A stretch of DNA of 64,000 nucleotides from Lophium mytilinum. Its lineage: Eukaryota. Shown here in pieces: positions 28,244 to 41,301 of this stretch (within the stretch, counting starts at the first letter, position 1; every line of letters begins with the position of its first letter). Position numbers and translations under genes: made by a program. The stretch covers positions 1,240,001 to 1,304,000 of the forward strand of contig MU004199.1 in NCBI GenBank assembly GCA_010093605.1, written 5' to 3'. The notes below the pieces were generated by a model. It was not told the origin of the DNA. It did no database searches and worked only from the letters and a program-made list of their open reading frames with translations.

Positions 28244-28944
28244 ATGGCGGAGCAAACAGTCAACATACCGCAGACCCTCGTCTTCGTAATCCTCTTCATT
28301 CTCGCCCTCCGGTGGTACTTCTCAAGGCCAACGCCAGGCGCCACCCCTCCAACCGGCACACGAGGAGTGGCTCCCACACTTAACCGTGGGGTTCGGATAA
28401 ACCCTGTCCAGGTCGAGACTGTTGCACAGATGTTTCCAGATGCGAATCGGAGAAGCATCATGTGGGACCTGCAGCGGAATGGTGGGAATGTGACGGCGAC
28501 AGTTGAGAGATTGGTAGAAGGGCGGGGACTGGACACGGTGAGTCTGGCATCTATCTCCCTGTGGCGTGTAATCACTAGGATGCCAGTATCCAAAGGCTAT
28601 TGCTGTTGACTTATGGAACTCACTGCTAATCCAATACGTGTTTGCAGCCACCCCAATCGTTCCAACCCCCCACTCTCCGCACCTCGAACCCAACATCGCG
28701 TACTGCGGCACCGCTACCAAAACCAGCGCACCCTGATCTCATAACACGTTATAATCTCTCCTCGAAAATCGGCACCGAGCCCTCATCATCATTACCACAG
28801 TCGGACGTCCCGAAGAAAGCATGGTCAGCAGATAAGAACGAGCGGCAGCAGATGCTACAGCGGCGGCGGGATGACATGATCTTAGCAGCACGGAGGAAGC
28901 TAGAAGAGAAAGAGAAGGCAATCAATTCAGAGGTGGGGTCATGA
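28244..28944 (+). CDS. CUE1: ER membrane CUE-domain protein (Cue1-like ERAD factor); exons 28244-28537, 28648-28944
   Basis: N-terminal TM helix, CUE domain (VAQMFP...IMWDLQRNGGNV), DLITRYNL motif and C-terminal Ubc7-binding helix (LQRRRDDMILAARRKL). Confidence 0.9.
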
Positions 28945-31900
28945 TACTACGGATGCGCTCAAGGGTACCGGCTTAGATAGGCAAACTGGAGCATACTCAT
29001 CCACGATATATATGAAATCATAATGCTCCATTCAGAATATGTGGTTGTATTCTCTTGCTAGGCTCTGACACAATCTTCTACCTTGCACCGAGCTCAGGTT
29101 TCCCTTACCGGCTAGGTCAAGAGCGGAAATTTTTAGTAAGTTGACCCTAGTGTTTCTCAAGTCGGCCCAGTTAGCTGATAGCTTAGGCATGATTGGTTCG
29201 TCCCCATAGACATTTCAGAAGCCATCGAGCTTCAACTACCCAGAAAATCTGGCCAATTTCAAACGCTCGTTATGTTGATTGGGCCGACTCAAAAAGTAGC
29301 GGCCAGGCGTACAAAATAACACGTCGCTCACGTCGAAGAATGCCTTTATTGTTCTCCTTTTGTCTCCATATCCTCTCTCATTGTCTTTAGTCACATATCG
29401 ATTCGCTCTCTATCCTACTGTTCTAGCTTCAACACAGTCATTTGTTGTTAAAATGATATCTATTTGCACAGTTCTTGAATAATATAGTTTTTGAGCCTTC
29501 CCATCAAAGAACCTCGTATCCTTCGTTGTTGCCTCGTCTATATTCTCTTCAAACATTGCTTCACCAAACGCCCCAAGAATTGGTTTTAGATCCAACACTT
29601 CCCCAAATTCTTCTCTAAAATAAATGTAGCTGCACACCGTCCGGTTGTAAATCCTCGACTCCCTCCGCCGCGTAACGCCCGCTGCGACGATGGAGGCTGC
29701 TGCGGGACGAGAGATCCGTGCACCGACCCGGAGGGAGTACGGTTCTGGTGCAGATCCTGTAAACTCGATCTTCATTGCTGGACCAATGTCTGTGAAAACT
29801 GTACTGGAAACGATCATTGTGTTCATCCCACTACAACATTCCCCATGTGCGAAATCGCCACTGCGGAAATTGAATTCGACGGCCTACAGGAGACAAAAGT
29901 AGCAGGTGCTGGCTTGGCACTAAACGTCAACAACATCTCAATTCGAACGGAACTCTTTCGCACGCTCCTCTGTGATGATTGCGAGCGCGAAGAGATGGCA
30001 CTGTATAATGAATCAATTACAAGCGGCATCCCCAATCCCTGTCCCCATAACGTTGGGACGGATTCTGCCCCTCGCGCGTAGCCTACCAGGACCGCGGCGA
30101 ATCCTAACCCAGTCCAGGACTTGTGCACCTGCTACAACAGCATGTTTCAAGCCGCCACAAACGCTGATATTGGACTTTGCGCGGAGCACCGCCGAGTGCA
30201 GTGGACTTTACGGAGGCGTCGAAGAGATTTCGGGCGTACTTACCTTCACGGAATCAAACGGACGCCGGAGCGCGGCATCGGACGGGCGCATCAAAGAGGT
30301 AAATTCCGTAGGTTGGCTCGTCGTGGCCTGCCTCGGGACTAGATGTTCACAGATCGTCTTGCATGCCCATGCGGACGTGATGCGCAGTTCCAGAACGTCC
30401 ATTCACCTGGACAAGAGAGAACAACGGTCTGCGTGAACGGTGCCGGAGTGCGACATCGCCCAGGTGTGGTCCGACAAGCTGAACCCGCGATGCCCGGGAG
30501 GAGGCCGACCAGGCCACGCTCTCTACACGGATTGTTAATTCAGCTGCCAAAGCGGCGATGCTTAGGCAGCCTGAGCGGTCGCGCTGGCTCCCGAGGCGGT
30601 GATAGTCCCGTTCGGCTCTTTCTCCCACAGGAATTTGGAGGGTTACCGCAGGGACTGACTTACACATAAGCGAGATATACCTGCAAGACGACGGAGTCGG
30701 AGTTGAGGGACTTGAGCTTGGTATTAGTGATCTTGCTTTTCCAGACCGCGACTACAAATCTAAAAATGGTAAGAGACTGTACTCCATTTCTAATATGCAG
30801 AGAATCTCATGGTAATTAGCTTTGGAACCACGCAGGTGTTTTCATCAATCGTTAAACCGTGATTCGACCTGACTTCACGTCATGCAACTCCTCAGGTCAC
30901 CGCGAAGCCCGCAAACATCGAGGGCATTACCTGTTTAATTGACGCCCGCCCGAGATTGCACTCCTCCGTGTCCTCGAGAACCTAGGCTGCGTGGACCAGC
31001 TTAGTTTTCAGTTCGAAGTCCTCTCTCCCGAGCTTCGTCTCCGCGTCTACTAGTTCCTTGTTCCGAATAACAGTCTTCTGACTATCTGCCCCGGAATGCC
31101 TGCAATGATTTGGTCCCTCCCGCCCTCGTGTGGTATGCGCTGCGTCGGGCCTAAATCTTCGAAATCCCACCTGTCCAGCCCACTTTCCTGGGAATTTGTT
31201 CCTCGTATCACCCACTGTCTATTCCCAGGCGTCGCATCTCATATATGCTACCAATTTCATCCGCCTCACCGTCCAACCCCCGTGAAATGTCACATTGGAA
31301 TACCGAACAGGGGCGAGTGGGGCGTGGAATGGGCCAATGTATCAACGCACCATGCCTCGAGCTATTATACTCCTCGATTGACTTCTTACCCGCTTGTATG
31401 GTCAAGCGCCTCTGACGAGTGGAGTTGGTAACCTCAGGTTCGTTTCAATTCAGCTGGGAAGATCTTATCGTCAGATCTCGATTAAGTGATTTTGTGGAGA
31501 TATGGATGCAGGATAAGCTGCCAGCTCCGTCATGCTTGTCATCAAGTTCGGCATCATCGTCCCCGAAGTCTGCCTCGGAATCTGCGCCGTCTTCTTTGAT
31601 TCTTAATGGTCGTGGTCATGCCCTTCGCCCCCTCGTGGCCCTTTTGCAAACTGGCCACTTCATTACCAGCAGCACTGCTTCAGACAACGGATGCATCATT
31701 TCGATCGGTGACGTCGCGATGCCAAATTGCGAGAGTTGTACACCGACACCGTACGCTGGCTCCCATGGCCTACTGACAAGATACTTGTGCAGTGTTGATT
31801 GGAGCCCCTGGCCGGACTTTGGGTAGTGGATGATGTCGCATCTGGTGATACCGAAGCCTGGCTTTCAGCGGCATTGAAGCTCATGGTCCAATTTTCCCAG

Positions 31901-33158
31901 GGGCAATATAATCCTGGGAAGAAAGTTGTATCCAGCCATACCAATTCGCGGGAAGGCCGTAAGCCGCAAATTCGAGCTGATTCGCTAAGGAAATGGGAAA
32001 AGCCATGATGATACACAGAGGAAGTTCTAGATGCCGAAATATAAGTGAGATGCAGTACGGACTAGGATTGGAAGAGAAGGCATTGTAAGCGGTGCACAAG
32101 AGTAAGATATGCCATCGCTCGATAACGGTGGCACATATGGCACGGCAATGAGGGGGTGCTAGTTGAGCAAAGAATGGAATTAGCTTATCCGAGGGATGCT
32201 CTTTGGTCTATAAGCAGAACAGACATGTACGGTACGAAATTCCAGGCGGCATGGCTTTTGAGAAGGTATGTTCCGACTGCTACAATAGGACGTCGTCGGA
32301 TTGATTGTGTAAGATTTGCGGAAACAACCTTTCAATGCGAGAAGGTGAAGGACACCTCAGCTAGTCGACATCATCGTGGCGGTTCAATGTACGAAATATA
32401 GTACCTCGTCATAAACCAGCATGAACTACCTCATTACTGCTAAGGGTGCTTCGAAGCATTTTAAAGATTTTAGAAGAGCTCAGGAAAGCATTTGGCCGCA
32501 GGAAGATACCTAGAAGGAGGCGTAGACTTATGTTTATATGAGGAAGCGTGAATATATCGACACAAACCCCGCCTATCTCTTCTTGACATTAGCAACAGTG
32601 ACGTCCTAGCTAGTAGACAAGGTCGCTTACAGTGATAATGGGATCAATCAGAGGACGACGTAAAAAGAGGCTCGGCTCGAGGAGAATTTCGTATATGCAA
32701 TATGATATGACCGTTCAGAATCGATAGAACTGAACAGAACCTCTTTGCTATGGATTTGGTGATACCCGTAAAGTCAATTAGCTAGCCAGACGAATGATAG
32801 ACCACGTGAATGATTCACACTTAAAATTACCGCAAACACACTCGTAGAGCACATGTTCAGTCATCAGTGATCAAGACGTGACTATCGTACGGGTGAGTCA
32901 GGTCGATCCAACACCAAGCTGTAGATCAGGAAGCTTCAAGATAATCAATGGACCTCGTTTGTTTGTGTTTGGTAATGTGCTTAGGAGGCATTTAATTTGT
33001 GATCCGTTCTTTTTGAGAGAATCGCATTCGACCTCCGGGGCAAGTTTAGTGCACAAAAAAGGACGCCGACCCCCAAGACAGTGATGTGCCCGATTTCATT
33101 GTCATGCAAATCTCGCTCGCACCACCGAGTACCCTGATCCACTGCTACTTGAGTCCGC

Positions 33159-34087
33159 TCAGAACACCATCGCATGCGGTTGCTGGCCCTTGCGTAGGCT
33201 GAAGCTCGAGCCAAGGTAGTGTGACAGGTTATCCACCTTCTTGATGCTGGCCAACAGAGCCTTGTCCACGGCCTTCTGGTCCTCCGCGCGGCCGCTGTCC
33301 ACCTGCTTCTTCTAGATACAAGTCAGTATTCAATCCTAACTCCACGCAAGCCTCTCCCCTAGGCACTCGTATGCGCGAGGGGTCCGCATGTTTGACTGAC
33401 CTCCGGCTTCTCTCCCTGCTTGAAGAAGGCCTCTTCGCCCTTCGCCTTCGACTCCTTGCCCTTTGTGAAGTAGCCTTCTTCGGACACCTTCTCTATCACC
33501 TTCGAATCCACACCTTCGATGTTGACGACCGTAGAGGTGCTGAGGACATATCGGTGGTTAACGCGCCGCAGAGGAACTCCGTTAACTTTGAAGGGTCCAG
33601 TGACGAGGAGAGCACCGCCGGTGAGCTGCTTGAGGACTAGCGAATAAAGTCAGTATTTAGTCGCACGAATTGGCTAGGAGAGCGTACGGATCACGCGCTT
33701 GCCACGGAAACGGCCTGCAGAGGCATTGTCAGCGGAGCCAAATGGTGTCCAGGGTGGAATGCCAAATTACCAGCAAGTAATATCAGGACAGTGCCAGGCT
33801 TGAGCGATTCGCGGTACTTGGTGGGGTGGAGGGTCTTGCGGGTCTGCGGGATTGCACTGTTAGCCATGCTCGTCGGCGTGCGTTGTGTCTGGCGGAATTT
33901 CTGGCTGCTGGTGTATTCGAGGCGCAATCCGCGATCCAGGCGGCCAAAATCGGGGCAGCATGAGGCGCCAGCAACAGTAGGAATTGGGACTTCTCGTTCT
34001 AGGACTCCATCGCGATGGTGTGCGTACCTTCTTGGGTTGAGTGTCATCCTCCGCAGGGTAGTACTTCGAGGCCTTCGTTGTCGACAT
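33159..34087 (-). CDS. RPL6: 60S ribosomal protein L6 (eL6); exons 34087-34028, 33843-33771, 33714-33688, 33636-33401, 33311-33159; 5'UTR intron 34174-34110
   Basis: Spliced product has KYYPAED...[48 protein letters not shown]...[14 protein letters not shown], typical eL6. All introns are GT-AG with branch points. Confidence 0.97.
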
Positions 34088-35030
34088 TGTGAAGGACTAG
34101 TGGGCGGTCCTGGACACGCTCAAGGTCAGCATACGAGAAAGGCAGCGGTGTATTCGGACGCGGACGCGACATACCTGAGCTTCTCCCGATTGTGGTGGTG
34201 TTGGGGTTGGGCACTGGCTGGCGACGTTATTGTGAGATGCGATTTTGGAGTGGGAGCTCGCCTCGTGGGCAGCGCTAGGGCCGAATGGGGCAAAGCGCCA
34301 TTGATTTCAGAGATCCACGGATGTTCCCAACTCGACTCTCAGGACTCTCGAGACTCTGCCTTCAATTCACCAGTCTCACTCCCGGCGCACAACTCAGACC
34401 GCACACCTCAGCTGATGATAGATCGCTAACAGTCGTCATCGCGATCAGAGGCGCGACTCCACACACGATATTCCTGGCGATTCAACCGCATGACTGCGGC
34501 ACCAATGCCTATTGCTCCAAAGGACGACAATTTGCCTGCTCTGTTCAGTTTCATCCGCCGTACTACGGAGCGCGTCCATTATAGATTGCACGTTGCTATC
34601 CTCTCTAAAAACACGCATATGCGTTTCGCGACATTTGTGGTGCCGCCATGGTTTGACGTGATCGGAGAAGCGGTGAAACGTTCTTCCCGGGTAGTGTTGC
34701 AAATGACGACCACTCCTCAGCCCCCGCTGACTCCCCTCTTCTCTTCAATTGAATCCTAGCCTCGCCCCTCTAGACTGTTATCGGGCAAGAAGCAAATCTG
34801 TCACTCGTGACCGCTATGTACAGCTGAAAATACCTGCCCTCACCGACACCCTGGCGAACCCACGACGGCTCAAGGTCTTCCTAGTTGCGCTCCTCCTCTT
34901 CCTTTGCATCTCCGCCATCCTGGCTTCCGCTCGATTCGGAGGTCGTCTTACATCTCTTCTTGCCCACGTCAAGCCCACTAGAATTCCCCCGCTCTCATCA
35001 GTGCCAGCGCGCCCACTAGCAACCGCGAGT

Positions 35031-37477
35031 ATGGCCCCCGCTAAGTACCAGAGGCCGCCCCAGGCTCCGCCCAAGTTCACCGCAACCGAGTCCTCGTTGA
35101 TCGAGGATACCAAACGTCTGGTAGAGTTACAACTGCTCAATTTGACCTTGCGCCCGACGACACAACTAACCCGATGTAGATAGAGAGATCGCGCGGCGTC
35201 CAAGATGGCATTGTCAGAGATGTCACGCCTGAAACAGCCACCTTCGCCAACGTCACACTTCCAATGGCCCGGGACGACAACAAGATGGCAATTGAGTCGC
35301 ATATAATTGGGTTCTACCAAGCTGTTTCGACGGATCAGAAGCTGCGCGACGCATCTACTGAAGCTGAGAGGCTACTTGACGATTTCGGGATCGAGTCGAG
35401 TATGCGTGAAGATGTATACAAACTTGTAGATGCTGCATTCAAGGCTAGCGAGGCGTTAGATCCGGAATCGAAGCGGCTGCTAGAGAAGGACCACAAGAGC
35501 TACATCCGGAACGGACTAGGGGTGTCCGCTGGTCCTAAGCGAGACCGCTTCAAGGAGATCAAAAAGAGGCTGAGTGAAATCAGCATCGGGTTCCAAAAGA
35601 ACCTCAATGAAGAGAATGGCGGGCTCTGGTTCAGCCCAGAGGAACTGGACGGCGTGCCCGAGGATGTCCTCGTCTCGTTGGAGAAGGGCACTGGAGACAA
35701 CGAGGGAAAACTTCGACTTACATTCAAGTACCCGGACCTATTCCCAACCCTCAAATATGCAACCAACCCAAAGATACGCCAGAAGCTGTTTGTGGACAAT
35801 GAGAACAAGTGCAACCAGAACGTGCCACTTTTCCAAGAGGCAGTCCTTCTTCGTGACGAGGCCGCTCGTATCCTTGGGTACAAGAACCATGCCGAGTTCC
35901 GTATCGAGGACAAGATGGCGAAGACACCGAAGACAGTCGACGACTTTCTCGGTGACCTTCGGACGCGGCTGGCGCCAGGTGGTGTGAAGGAAATCGAGAG
36001 ACTCCTTGCTCTGAAGAAAGAGGACATCAAAAACAAGGGCATCAAAGACGCGGACGAGGAGCATTACTATCTTTGGGATCATCGCTACTATGACAGACTG
36101 TTGCTGGAGCGCGACTACTCACTAGATCAACAGAAGATAACTGAATACTTTCCATTGCAAACAACTATTCGAGGTATGCTTCAAATCTTCGAGGAACTTT
36201 TTGGTCTTGTATTCGTAGAAATCAAAGGCGAAGAACGTGACAAGATTGCCGAAACCGGCAAGGGGTCGGACATTGTGTGGCATGAAGACGTCCAACTCTT
36301 CAGCGTCTGGGACGATGAGGGAGAAGGCAGTGGCTTTGTAGGATATCTTTACTTGGACTTGTTTCCCCGCGAGGGGAAATACGGTCACGCAGCTAATTTC
36401 AACCTACAGCCGGTAAGAGCAACACCTGGTTGGCAGCACTGTGGACTTTGACAATGCTGATTTGCTACTAGGGCTACATCGACGAGAATGGCAAACGACG
36501 CTATCCCGCCACCGCGCTGGTGTGCAATTTCTCTAAACCGACACCGAAAAAGCCTAGCTTGTTGAAGCACGAAGAGGTCGTCACCCTCTTCCATGAACTA
36601 GGCCACGGAATTCATGACCTAGTGTCGAGGACTATTTACTCACGTTTCCACGGTATGTAGCCCTTTTTTTTGGATATAGATTGAGCGTTTGACCTAATTT
36701 GCTGCGGTTAGGTACGAGCACCGTGAGAGATTTCGTGGAAGCTCCTAGGTAATTGCAAAGATGATAGCCACTGTTGGTGATGATTACTGACGATTTGGGC
36801 AGCCAAATGCTTGAGAACTGGTGCTGGACTCCATCCCAGCTCAAGTCCCTTAGCTACCACTATTCATACTTGTCTCCCGAGTATGAAGCGGCATACGCGG
36901 AAAGCTCTGGGGATACCAAGAGGCCGGAAGAGGCTATTCCTGACGAGCTGATCAGCAACCTCATCAGTACGAAACACATCAACGATGCTCTGTTCAACCT
37001 CCGACAGCTGCACTTCGGCATCTTCGACATGACAGTGCATGAGCCCGAGAGCCACGAAGACATCAAGCAACTCAAGCTATCGGAGACGTACAACAAGCTG
37101 CGCAAGGAGATCTCGAAGCTCGACGGCCCAGAGCTTCTTAACGGAGGGAGCTGGGGATGGGGCAACGGACAGGCCACTTTCGGCCACCTCATCGGTGGAT
37201 ACGATGCTGGTAAGAACTTGACAGGCTGCTTTGGATGACGACGGCGTCGCTAACGTAGACAGGATACTACGGGTACCTCAGCTCGCAGGTGTACTCGGCC
37301 GACATGTTCTACACGGTATTCAAGGCCAACCCGATGAATGGCAAAGAGGGGCGCCGGTATAGGCACACGGTGCTCGAGCGTGGCGGGAGCCAGGAAGAGA
37401 TGCAGACGCTGGAGGATTTCCTTGGACGCAAGCCGAGCACGGAAGCGTTCTACAAGGAGCTGGGCTTGAGTGGGTAA
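35031..37477 (+). CDS. mepB: M3-family metallopeptidase (thimet oligopeptidase / saccharolysin / MepB), six exons
   Basis: MAPAKYQRPPQAPP start, YLDLFPREGKYGHAA, LFHELGHGIH (HEXXH), DFVEAPSQMLENW and FGHL.GGYDAGYYGY motifs. Five canonical introns, e.g. 35121-35179 and 36413-36471. Confidence 0.96.
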
Positions 37478-38360
37478 GCGGAGGCGGACATGGGGCGGGG
37501 CCTCGGGGCAGCCGCCGACGCGAGATGACCCGCGGGCACATAGTGAATCATTTCTAAGATACAATGCGGTACTACCGGCGCTGGCGATGCCCGCCTGATT
37601 GGTGACTTTTGTTATGCCAGCGACGGCCCGCGAGTGCGTTCGTCAGGCCTGGGCTCGGCGCCAGCATGCTCCGCCTTGCGATTTGCCCTCTCCCAGGTCC
37701 CAGGCGTCATGGGCCGGGTTGTGATGATCTCCCGGGCAGCGACACAGCGGGGGCCGAGGCGGCAGCGGTGCTGTCTCCCGCATGAGGATGGTGGCAAGCC
37801 AGAATAGGATTCCAGACATCACACCTACGCCGTGTGCTCCGCGGCGGACAGGCGGACATGCGCCCCGCCCCAGAGACGTCCCGTGGCAGCGCGTCAGGAT
37901 GGTGCGGCTGCGGCTGACTGCTAGCGATGTGACAGCTAGCGATGCGGGAGATAGCTCCGTCCATACAGCAGCGCAGGGCGTAGAAAGGGCCTGGGGCGAT
38001 GCGCGGCAACATAAATCATATGTGTGGCCGCTTCGGAGGTTTAGCCCGCTAAAACTCCACCACATCCATATTCCAACACCACCAACGCGCCCGGCACGGC
38101 GGGCGCTCGAGGGCTCTGCTCTGCACTGCTCTGCTTGCTCTTCTCTGCTCCCGAGTTCGACGACTGCCCCGGCGCTGCGGGATCACGTGGGCTCGCGTTG
38201 AGGCGACAGAGCCTTGGACGCAAGTTGCAAGCCACGGCTGCTCGCCTGCGCTTCTGTCCAGCCCCGTCTTCTGCACTCAGCGGCTCGCGACAATCCTTCC
38301 CAACCCGGCGGCCTTAGTCATTCAATCGCCGGCCATCTTCAAACGCTGTGCGCCCAAACA

Positions 38361-40511
38361 ATGTCCTTTCCCCCCATCCTCCCCGCCCCCAGTCCCCACA
38401 ACGCCCCCAGCCCCGAAGCACCCCCTTCACCCAAGGGCAGGAAGCGGCGCACTCCTGGCCATGTGTCGCTGAACGCATGCACCGCCTGTAAGAGGGCGCG
38501 TGCCAAGGTAGGCCCCCCGAGATCCGCTACCATGCGAGCCGGTGCTAACGGCTAGCTACGCAGTGCGACGGCGAGGACCCCGAGCCGTGCAGCAGATGTG
38601 TCGCGCGTGATATGGCCGATCGGTGCCACTACGAAGTCCATGTTAAGACGGCCAAGGAGGAGATGGTCCGGCGCATCAAGACGCTCGAGCAGCAGAACGC
38701 CGAGCTGCTGGGCTCCATGGAGGAGCGGGAGCGCGCCATGCGCGAGAAGGATTCCTGGATTCACTCTTTCTTCAACGCCCTAAAGGAAGGCGAACGCGGC
38801 CCCGAGGTCGTGGCCATGTTGCAGGCGGGTCAGTCGTACGAGCAGATTGTGGAATGGCTTGGGCAGCCCCCTTACGCCGGGATCACACATCTGTCCCCCT
38901 CCTCCGAGTCCCGACTGTCGCGCATGGCCAGGAACGCTGGCGCTCGAGACATAGCCGCGAGCTCGACAGCCTACGAGACTGCGATGGACCTTGATTCGAG
39001 CCTAGAGGGCCAGGATTCTGTGAAATGGACCACGGTCGACGTCACCAATGCTCAGAGCCACCACCTCATGGCTCTGTATTTCACCTGGATCCACCCTGTG
39101 CACATGCTTTTTAGTGAGGACCACTTCATGGGCAGCTTCCAGCAGGGCAGTAATACATACTGCTCCGTTTCTCTATTCAACGCCATATGCGCCATGGGAT
39201 GTCTCTTCATGATGGACCGGGAGAACCAGAGGGCGAGTACCAGTGTTTTGTTTGACCGTTTCCTTAAGGAAGCACGAAAAGAAGTTGGTATGGAGGACCG
39301 AACAAGACCCACCTTTGCCTCCACCTATGCTGTTCTCTTTCTGATTGGAATCAGTTCCGGAGAGGCCCGCAAGGCCTCCGCCTACCTTCGCCTCGCCGCG
39401 GAATCGGTACTCCATGTAGATTCTTCGAAATACGACCCAGCAGCCCTAGAAATTACTTCATGGGGCATCCACACCTTGAACATCTCTTGGGCTGGCTTCA
39501 CTTACCAGAAGCCGTTTGCCCCAGTCTCATCGAAAGTAACCGTGTTCAAGAACGTCAAATTTGATACAAACCAGGATTTCTGGCAACCCTATCAGTATCC
39601 CGCAGATGTCACAACAACCAAGGTGCACAGCCATGCCATTCGAACTGCCAAGGAGCTGGCTGGGCTTAATCGGATCATCATGAACACGATCAATGTTTAT
39701 TGTGGAAGCCGCGGGCCAGTCACTGCGCAGTCGATCTTGAAACTATACCGGAAGTACTTGGAGTGGAAAGCTAGCTTACCCAGTATCTTGGACATTGACG
39801 ACGAGGGCTCCCAAAAGCTTCCACATGTCTATTTTCTTCAGTGCGCATTCCCCGCATAGTACAGAGAGCAAGCTGACTTTTCCCAGTGCATACTATCATG
39901 TCGCCCTTTGTCAGCTCTTCCAGCCCCTCCTGTATCATGGGTTTTCCGAGGCGACTCTTGACCATATTAGGAGCATCACGGTCCAGACGGCTCAGGACGG
40001 GTTTAAAATCCTCCAGTCTTACCAGGAATCATGGTCATGCCGCTATCAAGTGCCTCTCCAACTGTTTTGCCTCGTCCATATCTGCGATGCATTAGTCCGT
40101 TTCGATACTCCAGGGGTAGATAAGTCGGAACTCGCTGAATTCTGTCTGAAAGGACTGCACGAAGCAGCACCCTCCTTTTCTTTCGTGGGGCCGTTACAAT
40201 TCATGTTCCTCCAGACAGTTCGCGAGCAGGGCGTAGCTACGCCGGCCAATTTACATGAGCTGATGGGTGGTCAGACACACTATGGACCGGAAGATTTGCT
40301 TGATGCCTGCGAGAGGGTTACATACTCACAACCAATCGAAATACTGCTCCAGCGAATTGACCCTGGGATTTCGGCAGATTTCGAACCCGAGTGGCAAGAA
40401 TTTATTGAGTCTCATGGCTCTGGCGGCGAGGGAAGTAATGACGACGCAAAAGCGGTAAACTCATTGCAACAGGCAAGCCGATCCATGCAAATAGGTTCTT
40501 TCGTGAACTGA
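38361..40511 (+). CDS. Zn(II)2Cys6 transcription factor with fungal TF middle domain (NirA-like); exons 38361-38507, 38564-39840, 39887-40511
   Basis: ACTACKRARAK|CDGEDPEPCSRC...C binuclear cluster split by an intron, then a coiled coil and WTTV...LMALYFTWIHP...YCSVSLFNAICA middle homology region. Confidence 0.93.
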
Positions 40512-41301
40512 GCCCATGAGCATCTAGGCTTCCCAACTGAGCCCCCGGCTGTTCTGTCAAGGCAATGCAGCCAATTCTATGTGTGCCAGCGCATAGGTCG
40601 ACGTTTTCGTCGGTGGAACCCTCTCTAAAGCACGCACCTAGTCGCCAGACATAACGTCGACGACTAGTATTGAGGTTTGTCGTGCTGAAGTCGGTATGGC
40701 TGGGCCACGCTGCAGGAAGGGCCGTCCGAGGCCTGAAAAATTCATTGGGTAGGGATCACAGGCAAATGATTCTTCCTGAAGGTCAGTTACCCAGCAGATT
40801 AATGCCACGGCGGGGGAAGATGAGGCTTTTGTATCCTCGCAGTACAACACATCAGGCTAGGAAAGCGGAAAGCGCGCCTGCCGCAGCGGAAGTAACTCCG
40901 ACTACCTACTACCTGCAACTGCCTGCCGCCTTGGTGATGTTTTGAGTTTGGTGACCTAAACGATACACACACAGAATACGTTGAATGTATTGTAACAGTA
41001 ATGGGTATTTTGCCTACGTGAAAGCTACTATTAAGGTGACAGGCCATGAGTCTGGCACTGGTTCGCCATTACTTGGGTATCTCCACAGTATCTAGGAGAT
41101 CAAGTGGCGATGTCGAGCTTCAAGTACAAAGGTAGTGTGAGTCAGACTACCTCTTGACTAATTAGCCAGACTACCGGCGTCGAGTGAGCAAGTTGGAGCC
41201 AAGCAGTAGTAAGTCCGTGTGCCCAGACGTATGGCCCCGTACTGTAGCTTACCAATGGGTACTCAAAAGGATTCGCGCTTCTGAGTTCATGCATGGAGCG
41301 A

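Noticed and set aside
34490..34759. Upstream AUG exon spliced onto the peptidase extension
   Set aside because: The available donors (34673, 34691) are phase 0 while the acceptors (34759, 34773) need phase 2 or 1, so I found no in-frame join.
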